This document shows, piece by piece, positions 32,966 to 43,505 of a stretch of DNA of 64,000 nucleotides. Under the pieces are notes generated by a model that did no database searches, was not told where the DNA came from, and saw only the letters and a program-made list of their open reading frames with translations. How positions within the stretch are numbered: position 1 is the first letter of the stretch; each line of letters starts with the position of its first letter. The stretch lies in the NCBI GenBank assembly GCA_046760505.1, contig JBHIEG010000001.1:52023-116022 (forward strand), in the 5' to 3' direction. This stretch comes from Candidatus Hydrothermarchaeota archaeon (GTDB lineage: Archaea > CAYFZR01). A program made the translations under genes and the position numbers.

Positions 32966-35900
32966 GCCTCCACCTTCCATTTCCCCCTATAATACTCGGA
33001 TAACGACCTTACACAGAGTTTGCCTTTTCTTACCTTCTTTATTGCCTCAACCGCTGCTCTTGCGCCTGCAAGAGTTGTTATGTAGGGTATACTTAGTTCT
33101 ACGCATGCCCTCCTTATCATAAATCCGTCTCGAGAGGGTTCCCTTCCAACGCTTGGGATGTTTATGACGAAATCTATCATATTTGACCTCATGTAATCGA
33201 GTATATTTGGAGTTCCCTCGCTTACCTTCTTCACGATTTCGGCTTTAACTCCATTTTCATTAAGAACTCTTGCTGTACCTCTGGTTGCCAATATTTTAAA
33301 TCCTAGATTGGACAATTCTTTTACTATGGGTACCATATTTAGTTGTTCTTCATCTTTTACGCTGATAAAGATAGTTTTGTTGAAAGAAGTGCTTACAGGT
33401 AGTTCCATAAAGGCGCCTAACTGAGCCTTAAAGAAGGCGTTTCCGAAAGCATAGTCGATTCCCATTACCTCGCCGGTAGACTTCATTTCTGGTCCCAGTA
33501 CGGGATCTACGCCAGAGAGTTTTGCAAACGAAAACACCGCTTCCTTAACTGCTACATGAGTTAGGTCGTGCTCGCTAGTATAACCGAGTTCTTTTAGGCT
33601 GCGTCCAATCATTACCTTTGTTGCCAATTTAGCCAAAGGAATACCGATAGCCTTGCTAACATAGGGAACTGTTCTGCTTGCCCTTGGGTTTGCCTCTAAA
33701 ACATAGACAACTCCATCCTTCACCGCATACTGTATGTTTATCAACCCTACTACTCCAAGTTCTAAGGCTATTCTCTTTGTGTAATCCTTAATTTTTTCAA
33801 CAATATCTTTTCCAAGCGTCTGTGGAGGTATAACGCATGCACTATCTCCAGAATGTACTCCAGCTTGCTCTATATGTTCCATTATGCCTCCAATGAAAAC
33901 GTCTTTTGAATCACAAACCGCATCAACGTCTACTTCTACAGCGTCTTGCAAAAATTTATCTACAAGGACCGGGTGCTCTGGGGAGACTTTTATCGCGTCT
34001 CTCATATATTTCTCAAGTTCGGTTTCATCTTGCACTATCTCCATGGCCCTTCCGCCCAATACGTATGAGGGTCTCACGAGCAAAGGATAGCCAATCTTCC
34101 TTGCAATATTCTTTGCTTCTTCTATTGAATGTGCGGTTCCGTAAGGAGCCTGAGGTATGCCCAACTTGTCTAGCAATTCTGTAAAGCGTTTTCTATCTTC
34201 TGCTCGATCTATGCTTTCAGGAGACGTTCCCAATATTTTAACACCGCATTTTGACAGAGGAACCGCTAGGTTTATGGATGTTTGACCGCCAAACTGAACC
34301 ATAACTCCTTCGGGCTTTTCTAACTCAATTACGTTCAAAACGTCTTCTAGCGTAAGAGGCTCAAAATATAACTTGTCAGATATGTCGAAATCAGTACTAA
34401 CTGTCTCAGGATTGTTGTTTATTATTATGGCCTCTATTCCCTCTTCTCTTAATGCTAAAACGGCATGTACGGTACAATAATCGAACTCTATTCCCTGACC
34501 TATTCTAATTGGTCCTGCACCGATTATGATTACCTTCCTATTTTTGGAGGGATTAACTTCGCATTCGCTCTCATATGAAGAATAGTAATAAGGTGTTTGC
34601 GCTCGAAATTCTGCTGCGCACGTATCCACCATCTTGTAGGTTGGGATAATGTTCAATTCTCTACGTAGATTTCGTATTTTAAACTCATTTGTCTTTAAGA
34701 GATGTGCTAACTGTCTATCAGAGAAACCCAACTTCTTTGCCTCAGTTAAAATCTTCTTATTTATGTTTTTTATCCCCTTCTCTTTGATTATTTTTTCCAT
34801 TCTCACTATGTTTGAGATTTTATGTATAAAGAATGGATCTATATTTGTTAATCTCGAAATTTCTTCTACCTCGAGTCCCTTCATCAATGCCTCCCTGATA
34901 TGAAAGAGAGTTGTATCAGTGGGAGAGGAAAGAATTTTTTTAAGAGATTCTTTATCACCAAAGGACTCCTCTGTTCCGTTTGCTTCCAAGCCAAATTTTC
35001 CGATATCTAGTGATCTAACTGCTTTCTGTAACGCCTCCTCAAAAGTTCTTCCAATCGCCATTACCTCTCCAGTTGACTTCATTTGTGTTTTTAGAGTCCT
35101 ATCTGCGTACGGAAACTTGTCGAAAGGCCATCGGGGTATCTTGATAACAACGTAGTCTAGTGTAGGTTCAAAACTAGCAAGAGTTTCGCCTGTAACCGCA
35201 TTTGGAATCTCATCTAAAGTCATGCCGATTGCAATCTTTGCTGCCACTCTTGCTATTGGATATCCCGTCGCTTTAGATGCTAGAGCACTGCTCCTGCTAA
35301 CCCTAGGATTAACTTCTATTACTCTGTATTCTCCTGTTTCTGGATGGACGGCAAATTGTATGTTGCAGCCTCCCTCCACGCCCAATGTTCTTATAATTCT
35401 CAGTGAGGCGCTTCTTAAGATTTGATGATCCTCATCTGATAAAGTCTGAGCAGGTGCTACCACTATGCTCTCTCCGGTATGGATTCCCATTGGATCTATG
35501 TTCTCCATGTTACATACGGTAATGCAGTTATTCGCTGAGTCGCGCATAACTTCGTACTCAAATTCTTTCCAGCCTAGAACCGCTTCTTCAATAAGAACTT
35601 GATTTATTCTGCTATACTCAATTCCGATTTTCACTATTTCTTCTAGTTCTTTCTGGTTATGGGCTATCCCCCCTCCGGTCCCTCCCAGTGTGTAAGAAGG
35701 GCGTATGATCAGGGGAAATCCGATTTCCTCTGCGATAATTTTGGCGTCTTCTAGATTATTTACGGCTTTACTTTTGGGAACAGGCTCACCAATGCGCTCC
35801 ATCGTCTTCTTGAACAAATCACGATTTTCACATGCTTTTATCGCCTCTATTGGTGTTCCAAGAGTTTCTACTCCGTACTTTTTTAATATTCCTCTCTCTG

Positions 35901-36207
35901 CAAGTTCTGATGCAATATTTAACCCGGTTTGTCCGCCAACAGTAGGTAAAATTCCATCTGGTCTTTCCTTTTCAATTATTTTCTCTAGAAACTCGGGTGT
36001 AAGAGGTTCAATGTACACTACATCTGCTATTTCAAGATCGGTCATGATTGTAGCAGGATTGCTGTTGACAAGTATCACCCTGACTCCTTCTTCTCTCAAT
36101 GATTTACATGCTTGTGAACCTGAATAATCAAATTCAGCCGCTTGTCCTATTATTATAGGACCTGATCCTATTACTAGCACGTTTTTTACTTCCTCTCTTT
36201 TTGGCAC
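32962..36207 (-). CDS. carB: carbamoyl-phosphate synthase large subunit
   Basis: [18 protein letters not shown], two ATP-grasp halves, [11 protein letters not shown]-terminal MGS domain. Confidence 0.97.
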   Translation of the reverse strand: MPKREEVKNVLVIGSGPIIIGQAAEFDYSGSQACKSLREEGVRVILVNSNPATIMTDLEIADVVYIEPLTPEFLEKIIEKERPDGILPTVGGQTGLNIASELAERGILKKYGVETLGTPIEAIKACENRDLFKKTMERIGEPVPKSKAVNNLEDAKIIAEEIGFPLIIRPSYTLGGTGGGIAHNQKELEEIVKIGIEYSRINQVLIEEAVLGWKEFEYEVMRDSANNCITVCNMENIDPMGIHTGESIVVAPAQTLSDEDHQILRSASLRIIRTLGVEGGCNIQFAVHPETGEYRVIEVNPRVSRSSALASKATGYPIARVAAKIAIGMTLDEIPNAVTGETLASFEPTLDYVVIKIPRWPFDKFPYADRTLKTQMKSTGEVMAIGRTFEEALQKAVRSLDIGKFGLEANGTEESFGDKESLKKILSSPTDTTLFHIREALMKGLEVEEISRLTNIDPFFIHKISNIVRMEKIIKEKGIKNINKKILTEAKKLGFSDRQLAHLLKTNEFKIRNLRRELNIIPTYKMVDTCAAEFRAQTPYYYSSYESECEVNPSKNRKVIIIGAGPIRIGQGIEFDYCTVHAVLALREEGIEAIIINNNPETVSTDFDISDKLYFEPLTLEDVLNVIELEKPEGVMVQFGGQTSINLAVPLSKCGVKILGTSPESIDRAEDRKRFTELLDKLGIPQAPYGTAHSIEEAKNIARKIGYPLLVRPSYVLGGRAMEIVQDETELEKYMRDAIKVSPEHPVLVDKFLQDAVEVDVDAVCDSKDVFIGGIMEHIEQAGVHSGDSACVIPPQTLGKDIVEKIKDYTKRIALELGVVGLINIQYAVKDGVVYVLEANPRASRTVPYVSKAIGIPLAKLATKVMIGRSLKELGYTSEHDLTHVAVKEAVFSFAKLSGVDPVLGPEMKSTGEVMGIDYAFGNAFFKAQLGAFMELPVSTSFNKTIFISVKDEEQLNMVPIVKELSNLGFKILATRGTARVLNENGVKAEIVKKVSEGTPNILDYMRSNMIDFVINIPSVGREPSRDGFMIRRACVELSIPYITTLAGARAAVEAIKKVRKGKLCVRSLSEYYRGKWKVEA

Positions 36208-36231
36208 CTCATTTCCCCCAAGATATAAAGG

Positions 36232-37275
36232 TTAAAAGTTGTTTTTTCCGAGTATTTCTCTTAGCCTTTTGTCATTAAATCTTACGCTCATAGTTGGAGT
36301 GCTCAATTTTAACCCTGATACAACGATTGTAACCCTAACCTTGTCCCCGAATTCTGGATCCAATTGAGCCCCCCAGATAATATGTGCACCCTTAGAGAGT
36401 TTCTTCGAAACTTCATTGACAATTCTCCCTGTTTCCTCCATTTTTAGGTCATATCCTCCTACTATGTTTATTAATGCTCCTTTGGCGCCGTTAATATCTA
36501 TTTCCAACAGAGGACTATTTAAAGCTTCAGAGGCTGCGATGATTGCTCTGTTTGGACCTTCCCCCTCGCCTATTCCTATCATTCCGATATTTTTTCCTCC
36601 AATAATCGTTTTGAAATCCGCGAAGTCAAGATTAACGAGGCCTGGCTTGGTTATTGATTCAACGATGCCCTTCAATGTGGTTACGAGAATTTCATCAGCG
36701 AGTTTATAGGCAGAAGCAGATGTAGAACTTGAGGTTAACTCAAGCAATTTCTGGTTGGGTATAACTATTACAGAATCAACGATATTTTTCAATCTATTTA
36801 ATCCTATATGCGCGTTTCTCATCCTCGAAGGACCTTCAGATTTAAGTGGTAGCGTTATCATTAATATAGTTAGTGCACCGGAATTTTTGGTTATTTCCGC
36901 TATTACTGGCGTAGATCCCGTTCCTGTCCCTCCCCCCAACCCGCATGTTATGAATGCCAAATCAACTCCCTTTACCGTATCTCTTATGATTGGTGCATCT
37001 TCTCTTGCTGCAGAGTCTCCGAGTTCGAGAATACTGCCTGTTCCTAAACCCCTAGTAATGGACTTACCGATCAGTATTTTATGGTGGGCTTTAGCATTTA
37101 AGAGAGCCTGCGCATCGGTGTTTATGACAATGGTCTCCGCTCCCTCTATCCCGGCCTCCATTAATCTCGAAACAACCTTACAGCCCGCTCCTCCTATGCC
37201 AATGATTTTTATATTCGGTCTTGATTCAATGATTATTCTCTTCAATTCGTCATCAGTCTTATCCTCTTTGGACAT
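36232..37275 (-). CDS. ftsZ: FtsZ-family tubulin-like GTPase
   Basis: INTDAQAL, GLGGGTGTG, T7 loop VNLDFAD, IIWGA. Confidence 0.9.
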   Translation of the reverse strand: MSKEDKTDDELKRIIIESRPNIKIIGIGGAGCKVVSRLMEAGIEGAETIVINTDAQALLNAKAHHKILIGKSITRGLGTGSILELGDSAAREDAPIIRDTVKGVDLAFITCGLGGGTGTGSTPVIAEITKNSGALTILMITLPLKSEGPSRMRNAHIGLNRLKNIVDSVIVIPNQKLLELTSSSTSASAYKLADEILVTTLKGIVESITKPGLVNLDFADFKTIIGGKNIGMIGIGEGEGPNRAIIAASEALNSPLLEIDINGAKGALINIVGGYDLKMEETGRIVNEVSKKLSKGAHIIWGAQLDPEFGDKVRVTIVVSGLKLSTPTMSVRFNDKRLREILGKNNF

Positions 37276-37367
37276 AGAAGACCCTCTGGCAATCTATTAA
37301 AAATTAGAATTAATCTTATTTTAGTTTAGTGATCAAAAAGAAAAACTGAGGAGTTGAGAAAGTTAAC

Positions 37368-37805
37368 TCAGTATCGTCTTCTCTCTCCTCTACTAAAATC
37401 TTTCCTAAAATAGCCTCTTCTACGATAACCCGTCTCGTACGTCTTGTTAGAAATATTTTTTTCGGTATTTATTTCTCCTAACTCTATATCCTCTCTTTTT
37501 TCCATCGAACCATACTTGCCTATGTTGAGTCTCATGTTCCCCCTGATTAAAGATACGTACCCATTATCTATGGCTATTATGTCTCCTTCGTTTACCTCGT
37601 CAATCTGGTTTCCCCATAGGGTCATGACGACAGTAGCGGTTTCATCGCCAACGAGAACCTCTGCAAGAGTCTTTGTTTCACCAGATCTTGTTGTTATGGT
37701 CCTCTTTTCTGGTTCTTCTAAGACCTTCACTATCAAATTAGCTCTCCTACTGGTAGGAGAGAGGTCTTCAACCTTAATCATCTCTTGGTCTCTCACCATC
37801 ACCAC
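37368..37805 (-). CDS. ssb: single OB-fold ssDNA-binding protein
   Basis: AEVLVGDETA.V.MTLW, NGYVSL.RG.MRLNIGKYG; Arg/Gly-rich tail. Confidence 0.85.
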   Translation of the reverse strand: MVMVRDQEMIKVEDLSPTSRRANLIVKVLEEPEKRTITTRSGETKTLAEVLVGDETATVVMTLWGNQIDEVNEGDIIAIDNGYVSLIRGNMRLNIGKYGSMEKREDIELGEINTEKNISNKTYETGYRRRGYFRKDFSRGERRRY

Positions 37806-37808
37806 ATC

Positions 37809-38222
37809 TCATATTTGATCTGTTTCGGAACAGTCTTCTGAAGTATAAGTATCCCATCTATTTAAATCTTTGCAGGGTTTCACCGAGGCACGCTGTAAAT
37901 CTTCTATTACGCTTCGAATCGGAAGTTTTTGTGGACAAACAATTTGGCAAAGGCCCTTACAATTACCACACATCAATGCAACTTCCTTAGCAGGCATTCT
38001 TTCGGATCCTATCCTAACAGGATAATTTGGATCATTAATGCGAGCAGCAATCATAAAATGAGTTGGTTCTATGCGGAGTGGGCATTTTTGCATACATATC
38101 CTACATTGCCAGCAGATCATAGTTTCAGGGTGCGGGCCTTGGTATGCCCTAACGAAGTAGTATGCAAACAATGCAATGATAATTGAAAAGGAGATCAACT
38201 GGAGTATGATAATAAGGTTCAT
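37809..38222 (-). CDS. membrane-anchored 2x[4Fe-4S] (HdrC-like dicluster) protein
   Basis: N-terminal TM; CWQCRICMQKCP and CGNCKGLCQIVCP. Confidence 0.7.
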   Translation of the reverse strand: MNLIIILQLISFSIIIALFAYYFVRAYQGPHPETMICWQCRICMQKCPLRIEPTHFMIAARINDPNYPVRIGSERMPAKEVALMCGNCKGLCQIVCPQKLPIRSVIEDLQRASVKPCKDLNRWDTYTSEDCSETDQI

Positions 38223-38308
38223 ATTCTAGTTCCATCGATACTTCTTCTTAAAAATTCCGTGTGAACATATATATTCCTTCATCCTCTAATAATATAGGAG
38301 GCTCTTCA

Positions 38309-38935
38309 ATGATATGTAAGACATGTGGTACCAGTTTAAAAGAGAAATGGCGATACTGTCCAAACTGTGGAAAAGCCGTGAAAGACGTCGAAGAATTCCT
38401 ATCCCTCGAGGAGTTAATTGATAGGATAAAAAGAGAGATAGGAGATATAACCAAAGATTTTGCAAAGGAGATTCAAATCCTTGATTTTAAGGACCTTACC
38501 GAGTCAATTATAAAGGGCGGAGGCTTCAGTATCAGAATTTCAAAAGAAGGAGATAAATCCCCTGAAATAGACATAAAGACTTTTGGTGATCTCGAGGAAG
38601 AGATAAAAGAGATGATAACAAATATCCTGAACATTGACACGAAAAGTAAAATAGAAATCAGAAACCCAGACAAAAAAAAGTTCAGAACCACACCAGAAAA
38701 GGTAGAAGAGCCTGAGATAACCTTTAATAGTGATGGGGTTTACGATATCGTGACACTTGATTTACCTGATGTGAAAGATATTAGCCAAATCGACATTGAA
38801 AAGTTTGAGGAGTCCATTGAAGTGAGGGCGTTTACCGATAATAAATGTTACATCAAGATAATACGCATTCCTAAAGGTACTTCCATCGTAAAAACAGAAT
38901 TTAGCATGGGAAAACTAAAGTTAACCCTCAAATAG
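38309..38935 (+). CDS. zinc-ribbon plus divergent Hsp20-like domain protein
   Basis: CKTCG...WRYCPNCG; GFSIRI, EEPE, LDLPDVK, ESIEVRA, GKLKLTL; SD GGAGG before ATG 38309. Confidence 0.72.
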   Translation: MICKTCGTSLKEKWRYCPNCGKAVKDVEEFLSLEELIDRIKREIGDITKDFAKEIQILDFKDLTESIIKGGGFSIRISKEGDKSPEIDIKTFGDLEEEIKEMITNILNIDTKSKIEIRNPDKKKFRTTPEKVEEPEITFNSDGVYDIVTLDLPDVKDISQIDIEKFEESIEVRAFTDNKCYIKIIRIPKGTSIVKTEFSMGKLKLTLK

Positions 38936-38944
38936 GTGGGTTGA

Positions 38945-41131
38945 ATGAAGCAGATAGAGTTAAGAGTCGCAGAGTCAATGCCCCAAGATGTTGGTAAAGG
39001 TATAGTTAGGATAGATGGAAAAAGTCTAGCGGAATTAGGACTTGTTGCAGGAGATATCGTCGAGATAAGAGGAGAAAAAATAGGAGTGGCAATAGTAAAC
39101 CAAGGGTATCCTATGGATGAAGGTCTGGGCATTGTGAGGATGGATGGAGTGGTAAGATACAATGCAGGAGCCAACATAGGAGGGAAGGTGAAGGTAAGGA
39201 AAGCACAAGTAAAAAACGCCCGAAGAATAAGGTTAAGCCCCATTCAACCCGTTAGATTTAGATCAGATTTCCAAGAATACGTCAGAAGAAGAATTATAAA
39301 AAAACCGCTGATCAGAGGAAATAGGATAGATGTTCCTGTTTTTAATACCGCTTTATCTCTAATAGTAACGAGTACAGACCCGAGCGGTTCGGTATTAGTA
39401 ACCGAGGAAACCCAGATTAATATCAGCGATCGTCCGATAAAGGACATACTAGATATTCCAGCCGTAACATATGAGGACATAGGTGGGCTGAAAGAGGAAA
39501 TCCAGAAAGTTAGAGAGATGATCGAGCTTCCACTAAGGCACCCTCAGGTATTCGAGAAACTGGGTATCAAACCCCCAAAGGGCGTTCTTCTCCATGGACC
39601 GCCGGGAACCGGAAAAACATTACTTGCAAGAGCAGTAGCCCACGAAAGTAACGCCCATATTATAATGTTAAATGCTCCTGAAATTATGGGAAAATATTAT
39701 GGAGAAAGCGAAGAAAGGCTCAGAGAAATATTCAAACAAGGGCATGAGAATGCTCCAAGTATAATATTCATAGATGAAATAGATGCAATAGCGCCCAAAA
39801 GGGAAGAGGTTACTGGAGAAGTGGAGAAGAGAGTAGTAGCACAATTACTTTCTTTAATGGACGGTTTAAAAGAGAGAGAGAAAGTAATAGTTGTTGCCGC
39901 TACAAATAGGCCAAACGCTCTCGATCCTGCGCTCAGAAGGCCTGGAAGATTTGATAGAGAGATAGAGATAGGTATTCCAGATAGAGATGCAAGATTTGAG
40001 ATACTGCAGATCCATACAAGGAACATGCCTTTAGAAGACGTGGATCTGGAAGAGTTAGCAAATTCAACCCATGGTTTTGTGGGTGCAGACATAGCCGCTT
40101 TATGCAGAGAGGCTGCAATGAGTGCCTTGAGAAAAGTTTTGCCAGAAATAGATCTTGAAGCCCATGAAATCTCACCAGATACATTGGAAAAATTGGTAGT
40201 GCGTAGAGAAGACTTCAAAGCAGCCTTAAAAGACGTTGGCCCCTCTGCACTCAGAGAAGTCTACGTTGAAATTCCGAATGTAAGGTGGTCAGATATTGGG
40301 GGGTTGGAAGAAGTCAAGAAGGAGTTAAAAAAGGCGATAGAATGGCCTCTCAAGTATCCAGATGAGTTTGAAGAACTAGGTATCAAACCGCCTCATGGTA
40401 TATTACTCTACGGTCCTCCAGGAACCGGCAAGACCATGCTTGCAAAGGCTATAGCCACTGAGGCTCAGGCCAACTTCATAAGTATAAAAGGGCCCGAACT
40501 ACTAAGTAAATGGGTTGGAGAAAGTGAAAAGGCAGTTAGAGAGGTATTCAAAAAAGCCAGACAAACTGCCCCCTGTATAATCTTCTTTGACGAGGTAGAC
40601 TCGATAGTTCCTAGAAGAGGGACTGGTATAGGAGATTCAAGAGTTACTGAAAGAATAATAAGCCAGATACTAACGGAGTTAGATGGTATTGAAGAACTAA
40701 CAGATGTAGTGGTAATTGCCGCGACGAATAGACCTGACATAATCGATCCTGCCCTGTTCAGACCAGGAAGATTTGATAAAATAATTTACGTACCAGAACC
40801 TGATCAGAGAGCAAGATTAGAAATATTCAGGGTGCATACAAAGAATATGCCTCTGGGAGATGACGTGGATATTGAGTGGTTAGCAGGCGTTACCGAAGGA
40901 TACACCGGAGCAGACATAGCTGCTCTTTGTCAAGAGGCAGCTATGATAGCGCTTGAAGAAATCATGGGAAAAGACGTTAAAAGGATTGAGATGAGGCACT
41001 TTGATGAGGCACTGAAATCAGTAAAACCATCTTTGTCAAAAGAAGTCATATTTCAATACGAGAAATTTACAAAGGAAAGAGAGAAGAGAGGCACGATATT
41101 GGACGAAGATTTCAGGGTTTCTTACTTGTAA
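38945..41131 (+). CDS. cdc48: CDC48/VAT AAA+ ATPase, second paralogue
   Basis: Two AAA modules (GPPGTGKT twice, RPGRFD twice). Confidence 0.96.
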   Translation: MKQIELRVAESMPQDVGKGIVRIDGKSLAELGLVAGDIVEIRGEKIGVAIVNQGYPMDEGLGIVRMDGVVRYNAGANIGGKVKVRKAQVKNARRIRLSPIQPVRFRSDFQEYVRRRIIKKPLIRGNRIDVPVFNTALSLIVTSTDPSGSVLVTEETQINISDRPIKDILDIPAVTYEDIGGLKEEIQKVREMIELPLRHPQVFEKLGIKPPKGVLLHGPPGTGKTLLARAVAHESNAHIIMLNAPEIMGKYYGESEERLREIFKQGHENAPSIIFIDEIDAIAPKREEVTGEVEKRVVAQLLSLMDGLKEREKVIVVAATNRPNALDPALRRPGRFDREIEIGIPDRDARFEILQIHTRNMPLEDVDLEELANSTHGFVGADIAALCREAAMSALRKVLPEIDLEAHEISPDTLEKLVVRREDFKAALKDVGPSALREVYVEIPNVRWSDIGGLEEVKKELKKAIEWPLKYPDEFEELGIKPPHGILLYGPPGTGKTMLAKAIATEAQANFISIKGPELLSKWVGESEKAVREVFKKARQTAPCIIFFDEVDSIVPRRGTGIGDSRVTERIISQILTELDGIEELTDVVVIAATNRPDIIDPALFRPGRFDKIIYVPEPDQRARLEIFRVHTKNMPLGDDVDIEWLAGVTEGYTGADIAALCQEAAMIALEEIMGKDVKRIEMRHFDEALKSVKPSLSKEVIFQYEKFTKEREKRGTILDEDFRVSYL

Positions 41132-41235
41132 AATTTTTTATTAAAACATCAGATATTTTTTTGTTTCACCAAATTATCCCGTTTAAGCAGAGAAAAATTT
41201 TTATTCTCACTCATCGAAAGAGTTCTGGGGATTAT

Positions 41236-42144
41236 ATGCTCTCTGTTGATAAGGTAGTTATACAAACGATAGTAGATAACTATATAGACGTATTTGAGCC
41301 AAGTACCGATAAGATAAAAAGAATCTCTCCTGGAGAATTGAAAGAACCCTTGGTTGCGGGTCATGGACTCTCTTTCCTCATAGAAATTGAAAGAGGCAAT
41401 CAGACTAGAAAGATCCTCATGGACACCTCTCACTCATCCCACGCTCTGCTTCACAATCTCAAAAACTTAGGAAATGAAGTTGACGATATCGATACCATCT
41501 TTCTCAGTCATGGGCACCCGGACCACTACGGTGGTCTCTTGGGATTTTTGAACTCAAGAAATAAAGAAACGCCCATATTGATGCACCCCGAGGGGCAATT
41601 TCCCCGCTACATAGTAACTCCAGCTGGAGTAAGAGGGCCATTTTTATTTGATAGAGAAAAGGTAAAGGAGGCTGGAGGATTAATCGTAGAGGCAAAAAAT
41701 CCAGTTTCTTTAGATATCGGGGTCTTGAGTACAGGAGAAATAGAAAGAACCACAGATTTTGAGAAACCATGGATAGGCCCTAAGATAGTAAAAAATCATG
41801 TATTTCAGGATGACTATTTCATGGACGAGCAAGCCTTAGTTTTGAATGTTAAGAATAAAGGTTTGGTCATACTCGTGGGATGCGCTCATCCAGGAGTGGT
41901 GAACATAATCAATCATGCACAAAAACTAACTGGAATCAATGAAATTTATGGAATCATCGGAGGTTTCCATCTTACCGTAGCAGAGGATGAAATCATAGAA
42001 AAGACAGTCGATGCTTTTAAGGAAAAAAATCCATCTATCATAATACCAGCTCACTGTACTGGCTTCAGGGCAATGAAAAAAATTTCAGAGAAAATGCCTG
42101 AACAATTCTTTGTGAACTGTGTGGGAACAAAAGTTTTTTTATAG
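41236..42144 (+). CDS. MBL-fold metallo-hydrolase
   Basis: HGLSFLIE, SHGHPDHYGG, DEQAL, GCAHPG, GGFHL, HCTG. ATG 41236 chosen. Confidence 0.88.
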   Translation: MLSVDKVVIQTIVDNYIDVFEPSTDKIKRISPGELKEPLVAGHGLSFLIEIERGNQTRKILMDTSHSSHALLHNLKNLGNEVDDIDTIFLSHGHPDHYGGLLGFLNSRNKETPILMHPEGQFPRYIVTPAGVRGPFLFDREKVKEAGGLIVEAKNPVSLDIGVLSTGEIERTTDFEKPWIGPKIVKNHVFQDDYFMDEQALVLNVKNKGLVILVGCAHPGVVNIINHAQKLTGINEIYGIIGGFHLTVAEDEIIEKTVDAFKEKNPSIIIPAHCTGFRAMKKISEKMPEQFFVNCVGTKVFL

Positions 42145-42152
42145 TTTCAAAG

Positions 42153-42938
42153 TTGATTAGAAACATGATAAAACCCTCAGATCTGGTAACTCTGAAGAAA
42201 TTCGAAGCAGGATTCGGCTGGTACAACAAAATAAGAGGAGATATCAAAGGTAAGTACTTTAGAGATATCGTTGATCTTGACAGAGAAACTGCTGTTGAAT
42301 TATCCAATTATATAAATGGAAAATTCCATGATTTCAAGCCTTATCCAACTGTAGAGTGGATAATATCTACATCTCCCTTAAAAGATCTGGAAATATTTTT
42401 TATGTTCGACAATAATCCTGAATTCGGTAAAGATCTCTTCGTTTTCTTTGATAAAAGAGGGGTTGACAAGATTCCTTCAGAAGATGTATACGTTTTTACC
42501 CAGAGCTACCTTTCATTGATTTCCAGATATCGCAAAGACTTGTGTAAAAGATTAGAGTGCTCCAGTAAAATGCTAACAATGGAAGAGGTTGAGAGAGAAA
42601 AGAAAGAAAATTTTTCTGAATATACCATGGGAAAGAGAGAAGATCTCTTAAAAAAAATAAAGTATGAGACTGCAAAAGAAATATCTCCACGAATAAAGGC
42701 TAAATTTATTGAATCTGAACAAGAAATATGGGGATTTAGATTTTCACCCCTCTATGATTTAGATATTACATACAAACTTGATTCGGACAACAATTTGAAA
42801 ATATTATACAACGAGATTGGAGTAAAGAAATATATACTGGGAATTTTGATAGCCTTTACCTGGCTTTATGCAAACGAAATTATAAGGGAAGCCCAAAAAA
42901 TAGATAATAGTATTCCACGGATATCCAGATACATATAG
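42153..42938 (+). CDS. hypothetical protein with tandem DUF3786-like halves
   Basis: W...SPL.DL.I repeated in both halves; PEF...VFFD...IPSEDV resembles DUF3786. Confidence 0.5.
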   Translation: MIRNMIKPSDLVTLKKFEAGFGWYNKIRGDIKGKYFRDIVDLDRETAVELSNYINGKFHDFKPYPTVEWIISTSPLKDLEIFFMFDNNPEFGKDLFVFFDKRGVDKIPSEDVYVFTQSYLSLISRYRKDLCKRLECSSKMLTMEEVEREKKENFSEYTMGKREDLLKKIKYETAKEISPRIKAKFIESEQEIWGFRFSPLYDLDITYKLDSDNNLKILYNEIGVKKYILGILIAFTWLYANEIIREAQKIDNSIPRISRYI

Positions 42939-42947
42939 GGGGTTTAG

Positions 42948-43358
42948 ATGAAGGAAAGCAAAACAGAGATCAAGGTGAGAATCTCTGATACAGACCTATG
43001 GGGCGTCGTTTATTTTGCAAATTACTTCCGCTATTTTGGCGTTGGTATAGAGGAGTTCTTCATGTCTCTAGGAATTCCTAGGGAAGAGTTGATAAAATTT
43101 TTCGAAGAAAAAAAGGTAGCAATGCCAATAGTAGAGGCTTCCTGCCAATATAAGGCTCCAGCCAGATTTGGAGATACATTGGAGTTGGATACAACGCTTA
43201 AAGGAATTGGTAACAAGAAGATAACCTTCGAATTTAATTTACTTAGAAAATACGATGGTGAACTCATAGCAAAAGGTCGCGTAACTCACGTATTAGTGGA
43301 CGAAAACTGGAAACCCATAGAAATCCCTAAAGAACTGAAGAAATTATTAGAAAATTGA
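42948..43358 (+). CDS. YbgC/FadM-family acyl-CoA thioesterase
   Basis: VRISDTDLWGVVYFANY, CQYKAPARFGD. Confidence 0.88.
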   Translation: MKESKTEIKVRISDTDLWGVVYFANYFRYFGVGIEEFFMSLGIPREELIKFFEEKKVAMPIVEASCQYKAPARFGDTLELDTTLKGIGNKKITFEFNLLRKYDGELIAKGRVTHVLVDENWKPIEIPKELKKLLEN

Positions 43359-43505
43359 GATAAAATAAAACCATTATATAACTCTGTTATAATGAAAAAC
43401 CTTTAAAACAGCTAGAAGTAACAATACATCGTCAATTGATTTGTTGATGAACTTCTCAAAACTGTATAGAGAAAATATATATTAAATACCCGCTCATTTT
43501 TAAGC

